Assembly (NCBI GenBank): GCA_017554235.1
Contig: JAFZIV010000061.1
Location: 15,984 to 79,983, forward strand
DNA length: 64,000 nt
Direction of reading: 5' to 3'
From: Selenomonadaceae bacterium
GTDB taxonomy: Bacteria; Bacillota; Negativicutes; Selenomonadales; Selenomonadaceae
Shown here piece after piece: positions 26,157 through 35,273 of this stretch. Position 1 is the stretch's first letter. Every line of letters starts with the position of its first letter. The notes beneath the pieces were generated by a model. The model was not told the DNA's origin. It was given only the letters and a program-made list of their open reading frames with translations, and made no database searches. Made by a program: the position numbers and the translations under genes.

Positions 26157-26229
26157 TCAGTGATCAGTAATCAGTGATCCGTAGTCAGTTAAAAAATTCT
26201 GATCACTGACCACTGACTACTAACCACTT
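26157..26229 (+). repeat. Family A heptamer-hairpin repeat, copy A1
   Basis: TCAGTGA TCAGTAA TCAGTGA TCCGTAG TCAGTTA - aaaaatt - CTGATCA CTGACCA CTGACTA CTAACCA CTT. It ends 5 nt before the glgP GGAGG. Confidence 0.85.
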
Positions 26230-26251
26230 AAAACGGAGGTGACTTTTGCCT

Positions 26252-28714
26252 ATGGCTATAAATGAAAAGAAAATTACCCATAGCAAAGAATACGAAAAGC
26301 TTAAGGAAAATCTGAAACAACGTTTCATCAGTTCCGCCCACATTATGTTTGGACGCGATCTGAAAGATTTGCCGATGAACGACATTTACAAAACTGTCGC
26401 GGCGGTTGCGAAACAGATTATTTCAGAAAACTGGATTCAGACCAACAAAGCCTATATGGACAGGCAGGTTAAGCAGGTTTATTACTTCTCAATCGAATTT
26501 TTGATGGGGCGTCTCCTGAAATCGAACTTGATTAATCTCGGTATTGATGAAGCTTTCCGTGAAGTCATGGAAGACCTTGAATTTAACCTTGACGAAGCCA
26601 TTGATGAGGAAATGGATATAGGTCTCGGCAACGGCGGTTTAGGGCGTCTTGCCGCGTGTTTTATCGACTCAATGGCGGCGCATCGTCTGCCCGGTCATGG
26701 TTGCTGTATTCGTTATCAGTACGGACTTTTCGAGCAAAAAATTATTCAAGGTAACCAAGTCGAAATTCCCGATAACTGGTTACGTGACGGTTTCGCGTGG
26801 GAATATCGTAAACCCGATAAGGCTATCAACGTCAAATTCAACGGCAACGCTTATATGAAGAAACAGCCTGACGGTTCATTAAAGCTTGTTCATGAAAATG
26901 CTATGGTCGTTATGGCGGTACCTTATGATGTGCCGATTGTAGGTTATCATAATAAGACCGTTAATACTCTTAGATTGTGGAACGCGGAAGTCAATCGTGA
27001 TTTCTCAGATTACGGAATGCTCACTCATGAACAAATGCGCCAAAAACAGGAATACCGTAACTTCGTTGAATCCATTACCCAATACCTTTACCCCGATGAT
27101 AGTTCCAATGAAGGCAAGCGTATGCGCCTGATTCAAGAATACTTCCTCGTCTCCGCCGGCGTCCAATCTATCGTCCGCCATTACGTTAAAGCCGGTATGA
27201 ATATCCGCGAATTTGATAAGAAAATCGCTATCCATATTAACGATACTCACCCCGCACTTTGCGTAGCCGAATTGATGAGAATTTTGGTTGACGATTACGA
27301 TCTTGAATGGAATGAAGCTTGGACTATTACCCGTGCTACCTGCGCTTATACCAACCATACCATTCTCCCTGAAGCACTCGAAACTTGGCCCGTCGATATG
27401 TTCAAAGCTTTACTCCCGCGTATCTATATGATTATCGACGAAATTAACCGTAGACACGTAGAATATATCCGCGCCCGTTATCCTGATAATGTCGATAAAG
27501 TTCGCGCTATGTCTATCATTGAATACGGCGTCGTTCATATGGCTCGCCTCGCTATCGTAGGTTCTCATTCTGTAAACGGCGTCGCGCGTATCCATTCCGA
27601 TATTCTTAAATCTACCACCCTTCACGACTTCTACGAATATTGGCCCCGTATGTTCAATAACAAAACTAACGGCATTACTCATCGCCGCTGGCTCATGGGA
27701 GCAAATCCCGAACTCGCCGACCTTATCGACCGTACTATCGGCTCTCGTATTTGGCACCGTCACCCTGAACAACTCGATTTGTTAAATGAAGCCGTTGATA
27801 ATCCTAAAGTCCTGCGTGAACTCGGCGAAATTAAACATATCCGTAAAGTCGCACTTGCCGAATATATCAAAAAGCATAACAATATCGACGTAGACCCTGA
27901 TACCATTTTTGATATTCAAGTTAAGCGCATTCACTCTTATAAACGGCAACTTATGAATATCCTCCACATCATTTGGCAGTATAACAAACTTAAGACGGAT
28001 CCCAGTTATAACCCGCCTGCTACTACTTATTTCTTCGGCGGTAAAGCTGCGCCCGGTTATTATATCGCTAAGGAAACTATCCGCTTGATTCTTGCCGTTG
28101 CTAAATTGGTTAATAATGACGCCAGCATAAAAGGAAAATTGAAAGTTGTCTTTATCGAAAACTTTGGCGTTTCCATTGGCGAAATTGTTTATCCTGCGGC
28201 TGATGTCTCTGAACAAATTTCAACGGCGTCGAAAGAAGCGTCCGGCACAGGAAATATGAAATTTATGATGAACGGTGCAATAACGCTTGGCACTCTTGAC
28301 GGTGCGAACGTTGAGATTCGTGAAGCTGTCGGCGACGATAACATTGTTATTTTCGGTCTTAAAGCCGGTGAAGTTCTGCGCTATTATGAAACGGGTACTT
28401 ATTCCGCGTGGCAAGAATTCAATGAAAATCCCAATGCGCGTTTAGTGCTTGACAAGTTGACTGACGGAACTTTCGGCAATTTCCAATCTTTGCGTGATTA
28501 TCTGTTGCACGGCAATGACGAATTTTTCATTTTGAAAGACTTCAATGCTTACATTGATGCGCACAACGAAATTTATGCACGATACGAAGATAAAATGAGT
28601 TGGTTGCGTTCAGCCGCTATTAACATTGCCAATTCTGCGCGGTTCTCGTCTGACAGGACGATTGATGAATACGCGGACGAAATTTGGCACATTGTACCTT
28701 GTAAGATTCAGTAA
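26252..28714 (+). CDS. glgP: glycogen/alpha-glucan phosphorylase
   Basis: About 820 aa. The GT35 hallmark EASGTGNMKFMMNGA (PLP lysine) is present, with conserved N-terminal glycogen-binding regions. The ATG at 26252 lies 10 nt after GGAGGTG. Confidence 0.95.
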   Translation: MAINEKKITHSKEYEKLKENLKQRFISSAHIMFGRDLKDLPMNDIYKTVAAVAKQIISENWIQTNKAYMDRQVKQVYYFSIEFLMGRLLKSNLINLGIDEAFREVMEDLEFNLDEAIDEEMDIGLGNGGLGRLAACFIDSMAAHRLPGHGCCIRYQYGLFEQKIIQGNQVEIPDNWLRDGFAWEYRKPDKAINVKFNGNAYMKKQPDGSLKLVHENAMVVMAVPYDVPIVGYHNKTVNTLRLWNAEVNRDFSDYGMLTHEQMRQKQEYRNFVESITQYLYPDDSSNEGKRMRLIQEYFLVSAGVQSIVRHYVKAGMNIREFDKKIAIHINDTHPALCVAELMRILVDDYDLEWNEAWTITRATCAYTNHTILPEALETWPVDMFKALLPRIYMIIDEINRRHVEYIRARYPDNVDKVRAMSIIEYGVVHMARLAIVGSHSVNGVARIHSDILKSTTLHDFYEYWPRMFNNKTNGITHRRWLMGANPELADLIDRTIGSRIWHRHPEQLDLLNEAVDNPKVLRELGEIKHIRKVALAEYIKKHNNIDVDPDTIFDIQVKRIHSYKRQLMNILHIIWQYNKLKTDPSYNPPATTYFFGGKAAPGYYIAKETIRLILAVAKLVNNDASIKGKLKVVFIENFGVSIGEIVYPAADVSEQISTASKEASGTGNMKFMMNGAITLGTLDGANVEIREAVGDDNIVIFGLKAGEVLRYYETGTYSAWQEFNENPNARLVLDKLTDGTFGNFQSLRDYLLHGNDEFFILKDFNAYIDAHNEIYARYEDKMSWLRSAAINIANSARFSSDRTIDEYADEIWHIVPCKIQ

Positions 28715-28782
28715 TCAGTGAAAAGTAATCAGTGATCAGTGAAGAGTGAAAAAAATTTCTGACCACTGACCACTGACCACTT
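28708..28782 (+). repeat. Family A heptamer-hairpin repeat, copy A2
   Basis: TCAGTAA TCAGTGA AAAGTAA TCAGTGA TCAGTGA AGAGTGA - aaaaaattt - cTGACCAC TGACCAC TGACCAC TT. The first TAA is the glgP stop codon. It ends 4 nt before the glgB RBS. Confidence 0.85.
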
Positions 28783-28799
28783 AAAAAGGAAGTGATTTT

Positions 28800-30758
28800 G
28801 TGAAAACAACCGAACTTAACGAGTATGATCTTTACTTGTTCCACAACGGCACAAATTATTACGCTTATCAAATGCTCGGCGCACACTTCACGGAACAGGA
28901 CGGCAAAAAAGGCGTTCGTTTCGCAGTTTGGGCGAAAAATGCAAAGTCCGTCAGCGTAGTTGGCGAATTTAATAATTGGGATACTCGCGTACACAGAATG
29001 ATCCGCTTGCAAGACGGTGAAACGTGGAGTATTTTTATTGAAGGTCTCAAAGAGGGTATGACTTACAAATATGCGATTGAACCGCAATGGGGCGGACCGC
29101 ATATTTTGAAAGCTGATCCTTACGGTTTCTATGCTGAAAAGAAGCCTGCAACCGCGTCACGCCTTTACGATATGGAAGGATACGAGTGGCAAGACGGCGA
29201 ATATATGGAAGAAAAAGCAAAAGAATCTTCCTATAGTCGCCCAATGTTGATTTATGAGGTTCATGCAGGTTCTTGGCAACGTAAAGCACGCGGTGATAGC
29301 GATAAAGATGATGTTTATCTTTCCTACCGTGAATTGGCGGATAGACTTATTGCGTATGTCAAGAAGATGAACTACACGCATATAGAATTTATGCCGCTGA
29401 CGGAGCATCCCTTTGACGGTTCATGGGGTTATCAGACGACAGGTTACTACGCAGTAACGAGCCGCTACGGTGCGCCTAATGATTTCCGCTATTTCATTGA
29501 GACTGCGCACAAAAACGGTATCGGCGTCATAATGGACTGGGTACCGGGACATTTCTGCAAAAATAATGAAGGACTTCGCGAATTTGACGGAACTAACCTT
29601 TACGAATCAGACAATCCGCAACTTGCCGATAACAAAGGTTGGGGAACAATTAATTTTGACTACGGACGAACAGAAGTACAAAGTTTCTTAATCTCAAATG
29701 CGCTGTTCTGGTTCAATGAATATCATATAGACGGGTTGAGAATAGACGGGGTAGCAAATATGCTGTACCTGAACTTCGGACGCGAAGAAGGCGAGTGGAC
29801 GCCGAATAAATATGGCGATACGGGCAACCTTGAGGCTATCGACTTCATTAAAAAGCTTAACGAAGCAATCTTCAAATATCACCCGCAAGCGTTGATGATG
29901 GCGGAAGAATCCACAGATTGGCCTTTAATTTCCAAGCCGGTATATATGGGCGGAATGGGATTCAATTACAAGTGGAATATGGGCTGGATGAACGATATGC
30001 TGAAATATGTGAGCCTTGACCCGATATACCGCAAGTGGAATCACGATAAAGTGACGTTTAGCTTTATGTATGCGTTCAGTGAAAACTTTATCCTGCCGCT
30101 TTCACATGATGAAGTAGTACACGGAAAATGCTCGTTGATAGAGAAAATGCCGGGCGATTATTGGCAGAAATTTGCAGGGTTGAGAGGATTCTTCGGATAC
30201 TGGATGGCGCATCCCGGCAAGAAATTATTGTTTATGGGCAGTGAATACGGACAGTTCATTGAATGGAACGAGAATGACAGCTTAGATTGGCATTTAGTTG
30301 AACAGTACGAAAAACATACGCAAATGCAAAAATATTCAGCCGCGTTGAATAAATTCTACTGTGACAATAAGGCGTTCTGGCAGGTAGACTTTGATTGGAA
30401 CGGGTTCCAGTGGATAGACTGCAACGACAATGAAAACAGCGTGGTATCGTTTATACGTAAGGCGAAGGACGGCGAAGATTATATCATAGCGGTGTGCAAC
30501 TTTACGCCGGAAGTACGCGTAGGTTACAGAATCGGTGTACCCGACAAGGGCGCGTATGTTGAAGTGTTCAACAGTGACCTTGAAGAATTTGGCGGAAGTG
30601 GCGTAAAGAATGAAGGTGAATTGTTGACGCAGGACGTAGCGTGGCATAATCGCGGACAGTCGATAGAAGTTAGAGTGCCGCCTTTGGCGACGATTTACCT
30701 TAAGTACGTGAAAGGTTCTTACGTTGAACCGCCGAAGGAAGAAGAAGAAAAAGAGTAA
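28800..30758 (+). CDS. glgB: 1,4-alpha-glucan branching enzyme
   Basis: GH13_9 motifs: DWVPGHF, GLRIDGVANM, MMAEEST, LPLSHDEVVHGK. There is an N-terminal CBM48-like region. GTG start. Confidence 0.95.
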   Translation: MKTTELNEYDLYLFHNGTNYYAYQMLGAHFTEQDGKKGVRFAVWAKNAKSVSVVGEFNNWDTRVHRMIRLQDGETWSIFIEGLKEGMTYKYAIEPQWGGPHILKADPYGFYAEKKPATASRLYDMEGYEWQDGEYMEEKAKESSYSRPMLIYEVHAGSWQRKARGDSDKDDVYLSYRELADRLIAYVKKMNYTHIEFMPLTEHPFDGSWGYQTTGYYAVTSRYGAPNDFRYFIETAHKNGIGVIMDWVPGHFCKNNEGLREFDGTNLYESDNPQLADNKGWGTINFDYGRTEVQSFLISNALFWFNEYHIDGLRIDGVANMLYLNFGREEGEWTPNKYGDTGNLEAIDFIKKLNEAIFKYHPQALMMAEESTDWPLISKPVYMGGMGFNYKWNMGWMNDMLKYVSLDPIYRKWNHDKVTFSFMYAFSENFILPLSHDEVVHGKCSLIEKMPGDYWQKFAGLRGFFGYWMAHPGKKLLFMGSEYGQFIEWNENDSLDWHLVEQYEKHTQMQKYSAALNKFYCDNKAFWQVDFDWNGFQWIDCNDNENSVVSFIRKAKDGEDYIIAVCNFTPEVRVGYRIGVPDKGAYVEVFNSDLEEFGGSGVKNEGELLTQDVAWHNRGQSIEVRVPPLATIYLKYVKGSYVEPPKEEEEKE

Positions 30759-30825
30759 TCAGTGAAAAGTAATCAGTGATCAGTGAAAAAACTTCTGACC
30801 ACTGACCACTGATCACTGACCACTT
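30754..30825 (+). repeat. Family A heptamer-hairpin repeat, copy A3
   Basis: aGTAATC AGTGAAA AGTAATC AGTGATC AGTGAAA - aaactt - cTGACCAC TGACCAC TGATCAC TGACCAC TT. The first TAA is the glgB stop. It ends 7 nt before the glgA GGAGG. Confidence 0.85.
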
Positions 30826-30845
30826 AAAAGACGGAGGAAAATGAT

Positions 30846-32294
30846 ATGAAAGTATTATACGTAGCGGCAGAAGCAGCCCCGTTCGTAAAAACGGGCGGAT
30901 TGGCAGACGTAGCAGGCAGCTTGCCGCACGCATTGAAAGCGCAGGGCGTAGATGTCCGCGTAATAATGCCGAAGTTCAGCAAAATCGGCGAAGATTTCCG
31001 TAACAATATGGAACACATTTACGACGGGACGATACCGGTATCGTGGCGCAATAAGTTTGTCGGAATTGACAGATATGATTATAAAGGCGTACCGTTCTAC
31101 TTTGTGGACAACGAAGAATATTACTACCGCGAAGGATTATACGGCTATGATGATGACGCGGAAAGATACAGCTTTTTTGCGAGAGCGATTCTGAATTGTT
31201 TGCCGGCGATAGACTTTTTCCCTGATGTAATAAATGCGAACGATTGGCACGCGGGATTGGTACCTGTGCTTTTGAAGTTGGAGCATCAAGGAGACGAGCG
31301 TTATCAAAATATCAAGACGCTGTACACGATACATAATCTTAAATATCAAGGCGTGTTCCCGAAAGATGTAATGGGCGACGTGCTTGGTTTGGATTGGAAA
31401 TATTTCAACAACGGCGACTTGGAATTTTATGACGCTGTAAACTTTATGAAGGGCGGCATAATTTACGCAGATTATGTGTCGACGGTGTCGAAGACGTATG
31501 CGCAAGAAATTCAGTATGAATATTTTGGAGAGCATTTAGACGGATTGCTTAGGAGTCGAAAAGATGATTTGTACGGCATAGTGAACGGAATAGATTATGA
31601 TGCGTACAATCCTGCGACGGATAAAAATCTTTTCGTAAATTATGATAACAGCGATGCGTTTACGGCATTTGAGAGAAAAGGCGACAACAAAGTAAAGTTA
31701 CAAGAGATGTTGAACCTGCCGAAAGACAGAAAGAAACCGATGGTGTCAATGGTAACGCGGTTAGTAGCGGCGAAGGGCTTAGACTTAGTCGTAAGAATGA
31801 TGGACGAACTTTTACAGCATGAAGATTTTCAATTTGTGTTGTTAGGAACTGGCGACAAAGTTTACGAAGATTGGTTTAAGGGATTAGCGTGGAGATTCCC
31901 GCAGAAGGTAAGTGCGAACATACTGTTTAACAATCAGCTTGCGCAGAGGATATACGCGGCGAGTGACATTTTCTTAATGCCGAGCAACTATGAACCTTGC
32001 GGAATAGGACAGTTAGTAGCTATGCGTTACGGTGCTGCGCCGGTAGTGCGTGAAACGGGCGGCTTAAAAGATACCGTCATTCAATACGACAAATATGAAG
32101 GCAAAGGCAACGGTTTTGTCTTCAGCAACTACAATGCTCATGAAATGATGTACGCCTTGAAACGCGCGCTCTCAACTTACGGCAACTTTGAAGTTTGGTT
32201 GAAGATTTCCTCCAACGCTATGAACAGCGATTACAGCTGGACAGAATCTGCGCGGGAATACATTGAACTTTATCAGAAACTGATGAATAAATAA
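30846..32294 (+). CDS. glgA: glycogen synthase (ADP-glucose type)
   Basis: N-terminal AAEAAPFVKTGGLADV (KTGGL motif). GT5 architecture, 482 aa. Confidence 0.95.
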   Translation: MKVLYVAAEAAPFVKTGGLADVAGSLPHALKAQGVDVRVIMPKFSKIGEDFRNNMEHIYDGTIPVSWRNKFVGIDRYDYKGVPFYFVDNEEYYYREGLYGYDDDAERYSFFARAILNCLPAIDFFPDVINANDWHAGLVPVLLKLEHQGDERYQNIKTLYTIHNLKYQGVFPKDVMGDVLGLDWKYFNNGDLEFYDAVNFMKGGIIYADYVSTVSKTYAQEIQYEYFGEHLDGLLRSRKDDLYGIVNGIDYDAYNPATDKNLFVNYDNSDAFTAFERKGDNKVKLQEMLNLPKDRKKPMVSMVTRLVAAKGLDLVVRMMDELLQHEDFQFVLLGTGDKVYEDWFKGLAWRFPQKVSANILFNNQLAQRIYAASDIFLMPSNYEPCGIGQLVAMRYGAAPVVRETGGLKDTVIQYDKYEGKGNGFVFSNYNAHEMMYALKRALSTYGNFEVWLKISSNAMNSDYSWTESAREYIELYQKLMNK

Positions 32295-32328
32295 ATTTGG
32301 ATAAATAAAATTCGTTAATAAAATTTTT

Positions 32329-32360
32329 TCCGATAAGTTATCTTGTCGGAATTTTTTTTG
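32329..32360 (+). terminator. intrinsic terminator after glgA
   Basis: ttccga (12-nt loop) tcggaa followed by T8. Confidence 0.6.
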
Positions 32361-32438
32361 TTTGAAGGTAATTTCGCGTCGACTAAGAATTATAACGTGT
32401 ACAAATTTTAGTCGAATTTTTTATTGGAGGTAAATTTT

Positions 32439-33803
32439 ATGGCAGTTGAAAAAAATTTGTTTAAATACGACTTCGCCGTTGTGTCGATTGTGAAAGACGC
32501 GGCAGAAAATATCAAAGAGTGGATTGAATATCATATGCTGGCAGGCGTTGACCATTTTTATATTTACGACAATGACAGCTACGACAATATTAAGGACATT
32601 CTTCAACCTTATGTTAATTCTAAACTCGTCACATATATTTTTTATCCCGGCAAAAATCAGCGTATCGCCGCTTATAATAACGCCGTTGAAAATTTCAAAT
32701 TTGAATGCCGCTATATGACTTTCCTTGACGTTTCGGAATTTCTTCTTCCGAAAAAAAATCAAACTGTCGTTGAAGTCACGGACGAAATTTTTAGCGGTAA
32801 AGATAATGTCGGAGGCATTGAACTTAATAGTTACAATTACAGCGCGGGCAGTCAGGAAATTCCCGAAGACGGAATACTCGGCAGATTTACTCGGCGCGAA
32901 CGTAACCCTTTTGAGATTGCCAACACGATTGTAAATCCTCGCAAGGTCGACTATCTTTTTAATGCTCGTTATGCGACTTACTTTGACGGAGTTTTCCGCG
33001 TAAATGATTACAGCGGCAAAGTCAATGAAGATTCTGACGAAACTGTTTCTGATAAAATCATTGTTAATTCCTACAAAAAAATTATTGAAAAAGAAAAGTC
33101 TAAACCCACTGATAGTTCACTTGATGCAACCAAATCTATGCTGGAATCTTTCTATCGTATTAAACTTTTTGACGACAGCATTTTAAAGTATCGCAAAGCT
33201 CGAAATGATCATTTCCTCAGAAATTATGATGAAATGTCTAAAAAGCTTTCCGGCAATATCGACGAATCAAAACTTTTAAACGTATTAGCGAAAACTTTAC
33301 TGCCAAATTTTAAAGATTATAACGCCATAGAATTTTTTAAGTCGAAAGAAAATCAACTTAGATATTTCCGCGCCATAAGTGAATTTTATGTGAGTGCGCC
33401 TAATGAATTTTTCCAAAATAAAATGGAAACTTTCTTGACTTGCTTTAACGTTTCATTACACCTTAAAGAAACGATACTTGACGAAATAGCGGGAAGATTT
33501 TTTGTAGACGCAACCTTAAATGCAATTTGCCAAACTTTGTGTACAGAAATTTCAACGTCGGACGCAAGACTTTTCATCAGAGAATTGCCGAAAATCTTAC
33601 CGTTGCCGTATCAGACAGTAGAAATTTTATTGTCAATTTGCGCGGGAATGTTGGATAAAATGAAAGATACTCTCAAAAATTCCAGCGAAGAGAAAAAGAA
33701 TTACGACATTGACGAAAACGAAATGGCAACGTGGCGCAAATTCACCGAGATTGAATATCTGCAAAAGCTTCTCAAATTCCTCAATGTTCCGAAAAATAAT
33801 TAA
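32439..33803 (+). CDS. GT-A fold glycosyltransferase (Glyco_tranf_2_4/GT92-like) with unknown C-terminal helical domain, paralog 1
   Basis: N-terminal pattern AVVSIVKDAAENIKEWIEYHMLAGVDHFYIYDNDS, typical of GT92/GT2_4 proteins. The DxD position reads DVSEF, which is degenerate. ATG at 32439 after GGAGG. Confidence 0.65.
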   Translation: MAVEKNLFKYDFAVVSIVKDAAENIKEWIEYHMLAGVDHFYIYDNDSYDNIKDILQPYVNSKLVTYIFYPGKNQRIAAYNNAVENFKFECRYMTFLDVSEFLLPKKNQTVVEVTDEIFSGKDNVGGIELNSYNYSAGSQEIPEDGILGRFTRRERNPFEIANTIVNPRKVDYLFNARYATYFDGVFRVNDYSGKVNEDSDETVSDKIIVNSYKKIIEKEKSKPTDSSLDATKSMLESFYRIKLFDDSILKYRKARNDHFLRNYDEMSKKLSGNIDESKLLNVLAKTLLPNFKDYNAIEFFKSKENQLRYFRAISEFYVSAPNEFFQNKMETFLTCFNVSLHLKETILDEIAGRFFVDATLNAICQTLCTEISTSDARLFIRELPKILPLPYQTVEILLSICAGMLDKMKDTLKNSSEEKKNYDIDENEMATWRKFTEIEYLQKLLKFLNVPKNN

Positions 33804-33814
33804 GAGGTTTAATT

Positions 33815-35197
33815 ATGAGCGTTGACAAAGATTTATTTATGTACGGACTCGCCGCTGTTACGATTGTACGTGACGAGGCTCCTTATATTAAAGAATGGCT
33901 GGATTATCACTTACTTGCGGGCGTGGATCATTTTCTGATTTACAACAATGAAAGCAGTGATAATTTGCAGGAAGTTTTAAAACCTTACGTCGAAAAACAT
34001 TTAGTGACTCTGATTCCGTATCCGAAAACTTATCGACAACTTATGGCGTACAATGACGCGGTAAAATACTTCAAATATTATTGTCGGCAGATGGTGTTCA
34101 TTGACGTTGATGAATTTATTTTCCCGCAAAATGGAAAAAATATTCTTGACGTGACGGACGAAATTTTAGGGGACAATGTTGCAGGATTAGCCGTCAATCT
34201 TCATACTTTCGGCTCAAATGGTTTTGAAAAAGCCGATTACAGCATAGGAGTTTTGGAAAGATTTACGCGCCGTGCAGAGGACAATTGGACGCCGATTGAA
34301 AATAATATTCCGCTGGGCAATGCCGCCGTCAAGACTATTGCTGACCCGCGCAGGTTGAAAATGTTCGTCGACAATACGCACGTTCCCGAATACTTTGAAG
34401 ATTATCATGCCGTCAATGAAAACTGTGAAGTTGTAGAAAAATTTTTTAATGTCCCAGTGACTTCCAATAAAATTGTCATAAATTATTACGGAACTAAATC
34501 TCGTGAAGAATACGCGGAAAAAGTTCATAAACGTGAGACAGCGCGATTTGTTAAGCGTAATGAACCTGTAGGATTTGACGCCAATGATCGCAATGAAATT
34601 TTTGATGACGGAATTTTAGCGTATCGTGAAAAGTTACGTGCTGAACAAATTTCTGATGGTAGTGATGCGTTAAAAATTTTAGCTGGACGTAAACGCATTA
34701 ACGGCAGACGTATGTTTGCGGCACTGGTAAGAAATTTGACGCCGGATTTTACGAAGAGCAACCTTAAAGATTTTTTTGCGAATCCCAAAAATCGCACAAC
34801 CTATTTTAACGACTTAATTAAGTTTTACAAGAAAGCACCGCCGACTTTTTTTGCCGGAAATTTGGAAACTTATTTAACTTGCTTATCAGTGAGTTCATAT
34901 CTTAGAAAAGGTTATCTTGACGATACGACAGGCGCATTTTTCGAGGAAGCGTCACTCAACGCGATTTGCAAAACATTTGCGTCGAATTTGTCACTTTTGG
35001 ACTTACGATTGTTAGTCGCCGAATTGCCGAGAATCTTAGCAATACCTTCTGCTACTGTAAAAGCACTTGTAACTGTCTGCCTTGAAATTTTCCCGCAATT
35101 CCTTGAAGATTTTCGAGTAAAGGGAGATATAAAAAATTTTGAAGAATTATCCTACTTGATAAAAATGTTACGCGTGTTCTCTCTTTACAGAAAATAA
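33815..35197 (+). CDS. GT-A fold glycosyltransferase (Glyco_tranf_2_4/GT92-like) with unknown C-terminal helical domain, paralog 2
   Basis: Same architecture as paralog 1. DxD is DVDEF. Shared C-terminal motifs are YLTCLSVSSYL, ASLNAICKT and ELPRILAIP. Confidence 0.65.
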   Translation: MSVDKDLFMYGLAAVTIVRDEAPYIKEWLDYHLLAGVDHFLIYNNESSDNLQEVLKPYVEKHLVTLIPYPKTYRQLMAYNDAVKYFKYYCRQMVFIDVDEFIFPQNGKNILDVTDEILGDNVAGLAVNLHTFGSNGFEKADYSIGVLERFTRRAEDNWTPIENNIPLGNAAVKTIADPRRLKMFVDNTHVPEYFEDYHAVNENCEVVEKFFNVPVTSNKIVINYYGTKSREEYAEKVHKRETARFVKRNEPVGFDANDRNEIFDDGILAYREKLRAEQISDGSDALKILAGRKRINGRRMFAALVRNLTPDFTKSNLKDFFANPKNRTTYFNDLIKFYKKAPPTFFAGNLETYLTCLSVSSYLRKGYLDDTTGAFFEEASLNAICKTFASNLSLLDLRLLVAELPRILAIPSATVKALVTVCLEIFPQFLEDFRVKGDIKNFEELSYLIKMLRVFSLYRK

Positions 35198-35273
35198 ATT
35201 GCGCGGGAAGATGTAGTACCAAAAAATCTTATCCTTAGTCACTAATACCTTTTCCCTAAGTTGAGGTGGTACC

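Noticed and set aside
28620-29102. 160-aa minus-strand ORF spanning the glgP to glgB junction, and a 77-aa ORF at 30700-30933.
   Set aside because: They run antisense through the family A repeats and the ends of two strongly supported glg genes. There is no RBS and no recognisable sequence.
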